In this document: positions 12,254-22,922 of the stretch, one piece after another
Position numbering within the stretch: position 1 is the stretch's first letter
Layout of the letters: every line of letters begins with the position of its first letter
Assembly (NCBI GenBank): GCA_020184695.1
Contig: JAANOX010000276.1
Location: 1-64,000, forward strand
Direction: 5' to 3'
Length of the DNA: 64,000 bases
Origin: Histomonas meleagridis 2922-C6/04-290x
Lineage: Eukaryota > Protista > Parabasalia
Notes under the pieces: model-generated
Databases searched by the model: none
What the model saw: only the letters and a program-made list of their open reading frames with translations
What the model was told of the DNA's origin: nothing
Translations under genes and position numbers: made by a program

Positions 12254-13048
12254 TTCAAATTTTTAAATTCATTTCGAATTGAATGTTAATATTATAATAC
12301 TTATTAACAATGCGTTAACATTAAAAACAATGTAAACAATATAAGTAACACTGAAACTGTACCGTATTTTTATTTAAAAGTTTAATATATAGATGATATA
12401 TCATTATTTAATGGAAAAAGGTAAATTTTTACATGAATATGATGGAGAAACCCTATTGCATTTAAGATTTTTAATGGTACAATAACATTTTCTTTCAAAC
12501 AACTATATTCCCAAAGATTTACTTATCTCAAATTAATTTCTGATGAATGCAACATTTTAAATTCAATAAAAATATTTTATACATTCACATTAATTCCTTT
12601 TTTTCTAAGGAGCAAAAAAGATAATAATTCTCATGCTTTAATGTCAATTACTCTTTTAAATAAACGTAAAACCTGAAAATTTATTTTTTATTTCATATGT
12701 ATCAAATTATGTTATCTTCATTGAACTTGTTAAATATATTCTAGATAAAATGAAATAAATTGTATATAATATAACTAATGTACCTATGATAACAATAAAA
12801 ATAATGTATTTGGTATTGATATGATAATAATTATTTCTAAATCATTTTTAGTAATAATCATATTTAATTCATTTTTTATAAAATGTAAATATGTAATTTA
12901 TTTTAACATTTGTAAATTGGATCTCCCCGAAGTACAATAATACTTAAAGGTTTTTTTTAAAATTTAAAATCCAAAATATTAATTAGAGTTAAACGACAAT
13001 TTAAAAAAAGATACAAAAGTAAAACAATTAATTTTTTTATATTTGGAA

Positions 13049-13075
13049 TTATTTTTTGCCGAAGGCAAAAAATAA
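13049..13075. repeat. Perfect 12-bp inverted repeat with GAA triloop
   Basis: TTATTTTTTGCC-GAA-GGCAAAAAATAA. Confidence 0.85.
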
Positions 13076-13449
13076 ATCCGAGGTTAAAAAAGTTTTTTAT
13101 TTCCGATATCGTTTTACATGACCACGCTTTTTGCTTGATGAGGATCGATTTTATTTGTCTTTTTTGCTTTGTTTTCTAATCACAAAGACCGGTTTTACAA
13201 TTTGTGAAATATCTCACTTTTTGAAATAGAATTGAATTCTAATGTAAAAAAGTGCCATAATTAATGAAAAAAGAAAAACAAACCCACAAAAATGAATGGG
13301 AAGAATTTCTATCGATTAATCATATGGCCTTTGGTCTGGATAAAAGAAGTGTAGAACAACCAACAATAATTGACAAGCTTACTAAATCTTACCCATTATC
13401 TATTAACTTAGTTATAAGCCAATTAACATATATATATTTTTCTGTAAAA

Positions 13450-16303
13450 ATGAGTGCGTTTGATTTATTTTTAAATTTATTACAAGAAGATGATATTTTT
13501 AAAACTAACGATCAGAATAAATCAATTTTTATTGAAGTGTTCTCACAGTTTCTTTTGAATAAAAACACTCAAGAATCATATTATATTCTTGAGAACATGA
13601 TTGAATATAATTTAATTGATTCAAAAATTATTCAAAAAAAATTCATACCATATTTTGTTCATTATAAGTCTAAAGAAGAAATAATAAATGATAACGAAAA
13701 TTATATTTTTTTCCATCATATCATAGAAAATTATGACGAACTATCAAAGAATGATTGGGAACTTCATAAGAAATATATAAAAGAAGGACATAACCCAAAT
13801 GAAATTGCAAAAATAATTCGAAATGATGAAATCGAAAAACTTCAGGAAATATCAACACAAAATAATTTTGATTTCAATCAAAAAATTGTTCCATCACTTT
13901 ATGAAAGATGTGATTTTATTAATCAAAGAAATGTTACATTAATTAATTATTCAGCATTTTTTGGATCAGTTAAAAGTTTTAAATATTTACTTATGAATGG
14001 AGCAAAATTAGATAAAACAGGTAAATATGCAATTGCAGGAGGAAACATCGAAATCGTTCATTTATGCGAACAAAATCATTCAGCATTTGAAGATTCATAT
14101 GAAATAGCAATCAAATTTCATCGAAATGATATCTTTACATATATTTATGAAAAAAACATTGAAGGAACTAAAAATTTAGAACAATTAGGAAGCTTATGTA
14201 TATTATATAATAATTTTGAAGTTTTTTCATTTTTGATTGAAGAAGGTATGAAAATTAATGATTGCATTATTAATGAAGCTGCAAAAATGGGAAATATGTT
14301 TTTGGTCAAATATTTTCTTGTAAAAAATGATATCTCTAAAAATATGTTAGTTTACTCATCAGAATCAGGAAATATTGAACTTGTAAGATATGTTTTAGAT
14401 CAAAAAGGAATTGATATCAATGCTAAAGATATTTATTTGTTTTATTTGAAATTGATTTTAATAACATAACAATTCAAATTAATATTTGGAAATTATTTAA
14501 ATTATTTAATACGGCAATTATGTTAGCATCTCAAAAAGGTTATACTGAAATAGTTAAGTTACTTCTTGATCAAAATGAGATTGATATCAATGCTAAAAAT
14601 ATTTATTTGTTTTATTTATTATTTATTATAACAATTTAATGCTTCAAATTAATATTTGAACATTATTTAAGTTATTTAATACTGCACTTATTTATGCATC
14701 TTTTAATGGTAATGTTGAAATAGTTGAATTGCTTCTCAAACAAGAAGGAATTGATGTTAATGCTAAGGAAATTTATATGCTTTATTTAAAGTTTTTTTAA
14801 ATAGTTTTGGATTATTTTTTGGAAATATATGAAATTTATTTTGTTAATTTTTATCAGCACTTGCGGGTGCATCTCAAAAAGGTTATACTGAAATAGTTAA
14901 GTTACTTCTTGAACAAAAAGATATCGATATAAATGATAAAAATATTTATTTGTTTTGTTTGCTATTTATTTTAATAATTTCATATTTCAAAATAACATTT
15001 GGAATTTATTTAAGTTATTTAATACTGCGCTTATGAATGCATCTCATAAGGGTTACATAGAAATCGTTAAATTACTTCTTAAACAAAAAGATATCGATAT
15101 CAATGCTATAAATATTGATTTGTTTTATTTAATATTTATTTTAATAATATATTGTTTCAAAACTGTATTTGGTAATTAATCAAAGTATATTCAACAGCAC
15201 TTATGCAAGCATCTGAATATGGATATACAGAAATAGTTAAATTATTTCTTAAACAAAAGGGAATTGATGTTAATATAAGAAATGTTTAGATGTTTTATTT
15301 GAAATTTGTTTTAATAATTTGATGTCAAATCTTAAAATTTGAAATATTTTTGATTTATTTGAAACAGCACTTATTATAGCATCCTTAGATGGCCGAACAG
15401 AAACAGTTAAATTGTTGCTTGAACGTAAAGGAATTGATATTAATGCTAAAGAAATTTATTTGTTATCTTTAAAATTCAACTTAATAATTTAATATTGCAA
15501 TACAAAATTTGGAAATTTTTAAAATTATTTAAAACTGCACTTATTGCTGCATCTGAAAATGGTCATATTGAAGTGATTAAATTACTTTTGAAGCAAGAAG
15601 GAATAGATGTGAATGTTAAAGATATTTTTTTGTTTAGTTTGATATCAATTTTATTGACTTTATATAACATAATAATATTTGGAAATGATTTAAATTATTT
15701 TTTACAGCAATTATGTACCCAGCTCAAACTAATTATATTGAAATAGTCCAATTATTTCTTAAACAAATAGATTTTTACATAGATGTCAATGCTAAAAATA
15801 TTTATTTATTTTGTTTGATATTTATTTTAATAATTTTATATTTCATTTAGATACTTGGAAATTAATAATAACATTTGCAACAGCTCTTATGTTAGCAATT
15901 GATAACGGAAACATAAAAATAGTTAAATTACTTCTTGAACAAAAAAGTATTAGTGTAAATGATTCTGATATCTATTTGTTTTATATGATATTTATTTTAT
16001 TAATTTTGGATTTCAAAATAATTTTTGGAATTTACACATTTTATTTGATACGCCACTTATATACGCATCTCAAAATAATCGAATAGAAATAGTCAAATTA
16101 CTTCTTGAACATAAAGGAATAAATGTTAATGCTAAAAATGTTTTTTTATTTCTCTCAATTTTTATAATAAAAATTTGAAATTTTAATGAATTCTATGGTG
16201 CATATTTATATTATTTAAAACAGCACTTATGGTTGCGTCTGAAAATGGTTACACAGAAATTGTTCAATTAATTGGCACAAAATGCGAAAAATATTTTGAT
16301 TAA
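13450..16303 (+). CDS. DUF3447-like/ankyrin repeat protein whose 11 C-terminal ankyrin modules are each preceded by a non-canonical 80/83-nt spacer (array 1)
   Basis: The N-terminal ORF (likely ATG 13450) carries NYSAFFGSVKSFKYLL / AIAGGNIEIVH / AIKFHRNDI motifs and runs into EQKGIDINAKD. Stop-free TALxxASxxGxxEIVKLLL modules start at 14511, 14681, 14854, 15024, 15194, 15364, 15534, 15704, 15880, 16050 and 16220. The last module ends ...CEKYFD-TAA at 16303. The continuous CDS is a reconstruction. Confidence 0.75.
14431..16219 (+). other. Eleven conserved AT-rich spacers (ten of 80 nt, one of 83 nt), each containing a cryptic micro-exon
   Basis: Spacers start at 14431, 14601, 14771 (83 nt), 14944, 15114, 15284, 15454, 15624, 15800, 15970 and 16140. 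Consensus: ATTTATTTGTTTTATTT...TATTTCAAAATAATA-TTTGGA-AATTATTTAAATTATTT-NNN. Confidence 0.85.
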
Positions 16304-16639
16304 ATAATATTGTTTGATTATTTTTTTTTATATTTTCATATTTGTGTCTTGAAGCCAACTTCTTTATTGCTATAGTTTTATTAAAATAATAATAAAATAA
16401 AATTTATAATGATAAAACATTTTTCAAATAATTCAAAAGTTAAAGAATTATTCAACATGATACATCATTTTTAATTAATAAAAAAATATATTTCATAGAG
16501 CGATGGTTCAATTATTTAATTAAAATCATGATCATGATATGTTAATGTTTCTTGAATTTTTATAGCTAAAGATTTTATATACTACATAAAAAAATGTTGA
16601 AAATACAATGTCTTTTTAATAGTGAATTTTTTAACAGTT

Positions 16640-17848
16640 ATGTTAATTTTACCAATGGTGTTGCCTCTTCTAATACTACTTTCATGTACTGGGATTTTGT
16701 TTGCATTAGTATATCAGAAGGATATTGATCCATATCAATTTTTTTACGAAATCACATCTACAGATCAAAACCTTTTCAAGACATATTTAATTCTTTTTAT
16801 TTTTCTTTTATTTTTTGCATACGGAATTCAAAGATTTTTCATTAGGAGAATAAAACTTGTAGAGGCTTCATTTGTTATATTCCATTTTATTAATATGATT
16901 ATCACAGTCACTTTAACTATAGATTCTAACTTAAGTAACGTTCTGCAAAACTATCATGAGGTGTTTACCAAGTTAATTATTCCACTTATTTTTTATCAAT
17001 TAAATCTAAATTACCAAACCAAGATTCTTTCTATTATTACAGAAATGAAAAAAGATGCCAAACACATCGCAGGCATTGTCACAGGTCTTACTTTTACCCT
17101 TGGACTCATATGCACTTACATACAATTTGTTAATTCTGATACCAAAATTGACATAATGTCACATATAATCTTAAAACATTCACAAATACAAATATCTTAT
17201 AACATTATTAAGACAATGTTATATGTTCTTCATATCAATTTTTTTTATCAACAATTCCATCGAATTGACTGTTTTTTGTCGACAGATTTTATATTTTATT
17301 TGTTACCAATTTTTTATGATTTTTATCATTATTTCTTTAAATATCATTTCATAATATTGACCAACATTATATTTTTATTTATATCATTTCGCGAATTCTT
17401 TAAAGATATTTCATTTATATTAATTGTGAATAACTTAGAGATCGCAGAAGAAATTGATATAGACCAACAAAAGAAATGTAAAATATGTAAAAAATATTTT
17501 AATAATGATGAAGAAATCATTAAAAAGTTATCATGTGGACATTGTTTCCATGAAATGTGTTTAATGAAATCTGTTATCATGAATAAAAAATGTCCGATTT
17601 GTAATTGTAATATTGAAAACATAAAGAAAAAAGAAACAAAAATTAATAAAAAATTAGTTGAAGAAAATAAGAAAAAAGAAAATGTTATTGTCGTTGTTGA
17701 TGATGATAAAGATAAAGATAAATGTGAAGATAAAAATGAAATACAGAAAATGACAGACGAAGAATTAAATGAAAGATTAAATAAATTGAACGAAAAATTA
17801 GAGAGCTTAAAAATTAAAGCAAAATCTTCTGTTGAAAATAAATGTTAA
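16640..17848 (+). CDS. Multi-pass membrane RING-H2 E3 ligase (Hrd1-like architecture)
   Basis: Several hydrophobic segments followed by CKICKKYF...LSCGHCFHEMCL...CPIC. First ATG is at 16640; the ORF track starts at a GTG, 16622. Confidence 0.72.
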   Translation: MLILPMVLPLLILLSCTGILFALVYQKDIDPYQFFYEITSTDQNLFKTYLILFIFLLFFAYGIQRFFIRRIKLVEASFVIFHFINMIITVTLTIDSNLSNVLQNYHEVFTKLIIPLIFYQLNLNYQTKILSIITEMKKDAKHIAGIVTGLTFTLGLICTYIQFVNSDTKIDIMSHIILKHSQIQISYNIIKTMLYVLHINFFYQQFHRIDCFLSTDFIFYLLPIFYDFYHYFFKYHFIILTNIIFLFISFREFFKDISFILIVNNLEIAEEIDIDQQKKCKICKKYFNNDEEIIKKLSCGHCFHEMCLMKSVIMNKKCPICNCNIENIKKKETKINKKLVEENKKKENVIVVVDDDKDKDKCEDKNEIQKMTDEELNERLNKLNEKLESLKIKAKSSVENKC

Positions 17849-18984
17849 TTGTAAAAAAATTATGATTTTTTATATTTTATTGAATATTATTATTCATTCC
17901 ATACATTTCACTGCAAAAAACACATTTCCCACTCTTTGTTTTAATGAATAAACGATTTATCGAAATTCGATTTTAGAATGCAAAGAAGAAATTTAAATGT
18001 AGAAACAGAGGGGTGACAATCGGATTTGAATGGAAAACGATCCCCATTTGAATAAACTGATCAATCAATTTTTGTCACTTTTTATTTGCTTCCAAAAAAA
18101 AAAAAAAAAAAATCATTCAAAATGCTTTTTTAACAAAAATAATGAACTGGAACTGAAAGGCTAAGGTTTATATGCAATAGGCCTTCCATCATACCTTTAA
18201 ATATTGTCCAATTCAATCAAATTGATCAATTGAAATGGTAGGTACGACCAAATCTATACTGAATTTTAAATGAACAATATCTTAAATTTTAGTCGGTAAA
18301 AGTTTTAATAATTGTTATATTTCATGAAATAAGTATGTAAATGATTATTTTAGGATTAAAAAAAATCGTAGGAGCGAATTTCGCAAAAAAATGATTTAAG
18401 TTTTTTGCATGTAAAGTATTCAAACAAACCACTTTTACAATTGTTTTTGATCGTGAAAATCGATTTTTGTGTTAAAAATATTCGGTGTTTGCTTCCAATT
18501 CAATTTTTTGAGTCATATTTGACATCTTATCGTGAATAAATGAATGAATTTTGATCGCTCGACGTGATTGCCATCTTATCTGTAAAAACACAATTTTGAT
18601 TTGTATAAAATTGTTACAATATCAACATATAAATTGATCTGATACAATCCATTAAAATATATTAAAAACTTTTTTATTCACTAAAATATTATGTGAAAAA
18701 AATTCCATGATCAAATATATGTAAAATGAAAATGCTGTTAAAGATGGTAAAATATGCCATTAAGAATTCTTGCATCGAACTTCCCAAAAAATAAAATTAA
18801 TTATAAGCACTTGAAAAATAAATTAAATTTTATGGTATTTATTAATAATATTATTAATATGGATTATCATCAGAGATAAAATTTATTACTATTTGTCATC
18901 ATTCTTTTTCAAAATCATTCAAAGGAAGGAAATGACGTTTAAAACGAAACATCGATCCATTGAATTTCACCAAGAATTCTTAAA

Positions 18985-19824
18985 ATGTACGTTTACATTA
19001 AAACCATGAATTGTCATCAAGAAAAAGCCCTTGCTCCAACAAGAGCATGCAGAAATAGAAAGCAAAACCCTTCTTCAGCAGTTTGGACGGAAGAAGAAAA
19101 AAAGTTGCTTATTAACCTCATGAACACAGAAATAAGAGGAAATTGGAAAAAGATTGCAGAATATTTTATAAACAAAACACCTCAACAATGCGCTGAACAG
19201 TGGACAAAAGTCCTTAATCCAATCATTAAGAAAGGCTCATGGACTTTTGAAGAAGATGAAATTCTCAGAAGAGAAGCAGAAAATTTAAAGAATAATGGTA
19301 AAAATTGGTCATATATATCTACGTTTTTGCCAGGACGTACTGGAAAGCAATGTAGAGAAAGATGGATGGATCATCTCGATCCAAATTTAAATAAAGGACC
19401 TTGGTCAGAAATCGAAGACCAGCAATTGATATCTTTCCAAAAGATATATGGGAATAAGTGGGCAGAAATTGCTAAAAGAATGCCTGGTCGTTCTCAAAAT
19501 AACATAAAAAATCGTTGGAATAATAATGTAAAAAAGAGACTTCCCGAACAGCCTTCGGTTAGCCTATACACAACCCCCGTTTCTAATAGAAGCCATGTAA
19601 TTGAAACACCTGATTCGATTCCAAATGATTTTCCAAAGCCTGAAATTGAAAGCCTCAACTATAGTACAGAAACTGGTTACTATGATTCACCACCTGAAGA
19701 GATTTTATTGACACCGTTCAATTTTGATTTCAACTTTTCATTCAGTTCTCCTACCTTTTTGCCAACTCCACGCAACGACCATAAGCATTTCGGAGATCAA
19801 ACAGATCACCAAGAATCCCGCTAG
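18985..19824 (+). CDS. Myb-domain transcription factor (three Myb repeats)
   Basis: WTEEEKKLL, KKGSWTFEEDEIL, GRTGKQCRERW, KGPWSEIED and GRSQNNIKNRW. Confidence 0.92.
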   Translation: MYVYIKTMNCHQEKALAPTRACRNRKQNPSSAVWTEEEKKLLINLMNTEIRGNWKKIAEYFINKTPQQCAEQWTKVLNPIIKKGSWTFEEDEILRREAENLKNNGKNWSYISTFLPGRTGKQCRERWMDHLDPNLNKGPWSEIEDQQLISFQKIYGNKWAEIAKRMPGRSQNNIKNRWNNNVKKRLPEQPSVSLYTTPVSNRSHVIETPDSIPNDFPKPEIESLNYSTETGYYDSPPEEILLTPFNFDFNFSFSSPTFLPTPRNDHKHFGDQTDHQESR

Positions 19825-20443
19825 TTCCTTCGCTTTGCGATTCTTCTGCTTATGTTACGAATGATGTAAAATAATAAACGTTTTTTGTTGTTTGTAAATA
19901 TTTAAACGTAAAATATAAACAAAGCACTTTTTTGAAACACGAAGAAAAACACACAAGAAAACATTAAAAATATTGTTTTGTAAAAGTATCATTTTTTACT
20001 TTCAACAAAATGAATATTTTAATGACCATTAAATCATTGTATATGGAAATCTGATATGTCTTATTTCTATCCATGGTAAAAATACCTTGATAAAAATTAA
20101 TGTGTTTTTTGTAGAAGCTTTAAAGCTGATTTAATTAAACGAACATTCAAACTTGTGTATTGATATATATGTATATAACATTTCAATTCAAAAAGCATAT
20201 TATATGGATATTAGGAGTACGTGCTAGTTTTTATTGAAAACACTGTGAAAGAGAAACTGTAATTAATGCATTTTGTTTTAAATTATGTAGAATATTTTAC
20301 AACACAAGAAAACAAAATCAAACAAAAGCCTGGGCCAAGTTTTATAGGATGCTACTCTGGTGGTTAGTATAGTTCATATTTATGTTTTGTTTAGTCTACT
20401 TTCATTCTTGGAATAAATTGACTATGTTTGTTCGAACAATTTA

Positions 20444-21112
20444 ATGAATCAACCAATCCAAGACGTTCAAAACCCAATCACTTCAGCGAGTTCAATTGTT
20501 GGTGTAAAATATGACAATGGAATTCTCCTAGCATCAGACAAAGCTGTTTCTTATGGAAGCTGTTTTAAATTTGCAAATGTATCACATTTTCATCAACTCA
20601 CACCACATCTTATCATAGGTTGTTCTGGAGAAATGGCTGATTTCCAAGAACTCATTGATTCACTCACAAGTATTATTCGTCAATATGAATGTCAACATAA
20701 CGGTGAAGATTTAACTCCATCTGAAGTAAGCAATTACATTAAAAGACTTATGTACCAACGAAGGTCGAAGTTAAATCCACTTGTAATGAGGTGTATTCTT
20801 GCAGGTGTTAATCCAGACGGTTCATTCTATTTAACATCAACTGATTTATATGGCTCACAATGGGAAGACGATTATGTTGCTTCTGGTTATGCAGCCCACA
20901 TTCAAGGCCTTCAACTTCAGAATGCTGCCAAAAAAACACGTGAAGAGGTATATGAAGCTATTAAACAAGTATTTGTCGGGTTGTCGGCACGCCACTCAGT
21001 TATGGCCGGGCCAATAGAGTTTATTGATATTACACATGATGGCATCAAATTTGAGGACCCAATTGAGATCCAACCAAATTGGGATATTATTGATGCAACT
21101 TGGGACCAGTAA
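20444..21112 (+). CDS. PSMB4: 20S proteasome subunit beta type-4 (beta7)
   Basis: PITSASSIVGVKYDNGILLASDKAVSYGS, SGEMADFQ, MYQRRSKLNPL and C-terminal IQPNWD. Confidence 0.88.
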   Translation: MNQPIQDVQNPITSASSIVGVKYDNGILLASDKAVSYGSCFKFANVSHFHQLTPHLIIGCSGEMADFQELIDSLTSIIRQYECQHNGEDLTPSEVSNYIKRLMYQRRSKLNPLVMRCILAGVNPDGSFYLTSTDLYGSQWEDDYVASGYAAHIQGLQLQNAAKKTREEVYEAIKQVFVGLSARHSVMAGPIEFIDITHDGIKFEDPIEIQPNWDIIDATWDQ

Positions 21113-21449
21113 ATACTTCATTTTTTGCATTCATTTCGACTCTTAATAATAAATCATAAAATGCTATCCTGTGATTCATTCAAAATCGAAATATTATTCA
21201 TTATGGCTTATCCCTCAAAACGACATTCTTAAGTTGGGCCGCTTTTGGTGTTCACAAATTGGTAAACAGGAGCGAATTTGTGGGACAATTTTGTACAGTA
21301 GCTAATGTGAAGTGTTTAGCCGATAGGGAAATTGACTAGCAAACGTTTAAAAATAAAGCATTCAAAATATAAATAAAACATTTAAAAAGTGTGCATAAGA
21401 AACAGCAATCCTGCTTACCTAAACCTACCTTTACTTTTTTGCTCAGCAA

Positions 21450-22733
21450 ATGGAAAATCACAGAAGTAATTCTCCTTTAGGCGAAGTTATTGAAAATGGA
21501 AGTAATATCAAATTCGTCTCTAAATCAGACATTTCTTATAATTTTTATGCAAGCCCACGTTTTCGGATAACTTTATCAAATGAATTTTGCTTATTATATG
21601 AAGAACAATTCCATGACGGAAAAGTTAGTCCTTTCTTGTTTTTACTTGACCGGTGCGATAAAGTCCGAATTTCATGCCAATTTCAACCTCACGAAAAAGT
21701 TGAAAAATATGTTTTTGTTATTAATTTTAATGAAACCTATTTTTTGCTTTCCTGTAACACATCATTTTTAGTAACACCTAAAGAAATCAAACTTATTAAA
21801 ATCAAATGCCTTTCATCTTCAAATATCCCAATTCCCGTTGAACAAGTTTTGGGTTGTTTTGCCAGCTGCCTTGATTCTGAATCCATCAAATCATATGTAA
21901 TTCCAACACAACTTTTTGAGGATAAATATTACATAATTTTAAATCCATATTTATTCCGATTTGAATTTGAAGGAGATGACGTTCTTCTTCAGTGCGTTGA
22001 TGAGAACTTAGATATTTTCAATTATTCTTCCATTTCATTTTTCTCAAAGGGAATATTATCAAATGATCCGATAAATCATAAAGCGAAAGAAATTGCGTTT
22101 ACCCTCTATCATCCAACAAAACATGAGTTATACATAGCAAAAATTAAGTGTCCAAACCTTGTTTTTGTTCATTGTTTATCTGTAATATCAGGTAATCGGA
22201 TTGCAATTGTATCAAAGGAGGATAAGGTAGTTCGAAGGTTTGCTCAAGTTTGTGTGACCAGTAAAGAATATCAAGTTTGCGCTGTTATCAATATATCTGA
22301 TATCAATTTTGAACTTAGCAACTACAAATATTCGACACCCGTTCTAACTGTTTCTTGCAAAAACTATAAACCAAAATCTGATTCTGGATTTCAGGTCATC
22401 AAATCCAAAAAAGATATCTTTTTTTATCAACCAATTCTTCCAATTAAAAGTTACCATGTTGTTTGTGGGTTTGGTGACATTCCATCTTCGTTTAAAGCCC
22501 CAAATTATCAGCAACTTGATGACAAAGAAATTAACTCACAATTGGGTGCCCCAATTTTATTTGTCTTCGATTTTAATGACAAAGTGATCCAAAAAGGATT
22601 TATAAATGAACTCCCCGATAAATTAGCTCTTACTTCATGGGTTACAGTCTCAATTGACTCTGACCCAGAGTCTTCTTCTACATATAAAAGAGAAGGTGTT
22701 AAGTGGTTAGGAATTGTTGAACCAATTAGTTAA
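21450..22733 (+). CDS. Hypothetical protein (427 aa)
   Basis: Long ATG-initiated ORF in aaaATG context; no family recognised. Confidence 0.7.
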   Translation: MENHRSNSPLGEVIENGSNIKFVSKSDISYNFYASPRFRITLSNEFCLLYEEQFHDGKVSPFLFLLDRCDKVRISCQFQPHEKVEKYVFVINFNETYFLLSCNTSFLVTPKEIKLIKIKCLSSSNIPIPVEQVLGCFASCLDSESIKSYVIPTQLFEDKYYIILNPYLFRFEFEGDDVLLQCVDENLDIFNYSSISFFSKGILSNDPINHKAKEIAFTLYHPTKHELYIAKIKCPNLVFVHCLSVISGNRIAIVSKEDKVVRRFAQVCVTSKEYQVCAVINISDINFELSNYKYSTPVLTVSCKNYKPKSDSGFQVIKSKKDIFFYQPILPIKSYHVVCGFGDIPSSFKAPNYQQLDDKEINSQLGAPILFVFDFNDKVIQKGFINELPDKLALTSWVTVSIDSDPESSSTYKREGVKWLGIVEPIS

Positions 22734-22922
22734 TAAATTTTCAATAATTTTTTTTTTAATTTTCTATTTATTCATATCATGTTAACATGTTAAAATCTTT
22801 GCATTAAAGCAAAAAATTGTTTCAGTTTTTGAATATAAATACGATGATTTTTCATTCATTTATCTCTATCGTCGAAATCACTTTATATAAAGTTCAGAAA
22901 ACTTAAATTTTTTCGTTTGATG

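Noticed and set aside
14439-15200. Canonical GT-AG intron explanation for the spacers (GT in TTGTTT, AG in ACAGCA)
   Set aside because: That excision (76 nt) leaves 94 nt per unit and so shifts the frame. Several units lack the AG (ACTGCA, ACGGCA, ACGCCA) or the GT (ATGCTT, TTATTT), and there is no ACTAAC branch point.
14431-16219. Stop-codon reassignment or read-through of the spacers
   Set aside because: 80 nt is not a multiple of 3, so read-through cannot restore the frame. TAA, TAG (19822-19824) and TGA (49368-49366) all terminate ordinary genes in this window.
14401-16303. CRISPR-like repeat-spacer array
   Set aside because: The context is eukaryotic, both halves of the 170-nt unit are homologous between copies, the variable part encodes ankyrin helices, and no cas genes are present.
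18093-18113. Poly(A) tract as a retroposon tail
   Set aside because: No target-site duplication or upstream element body could be recognised.
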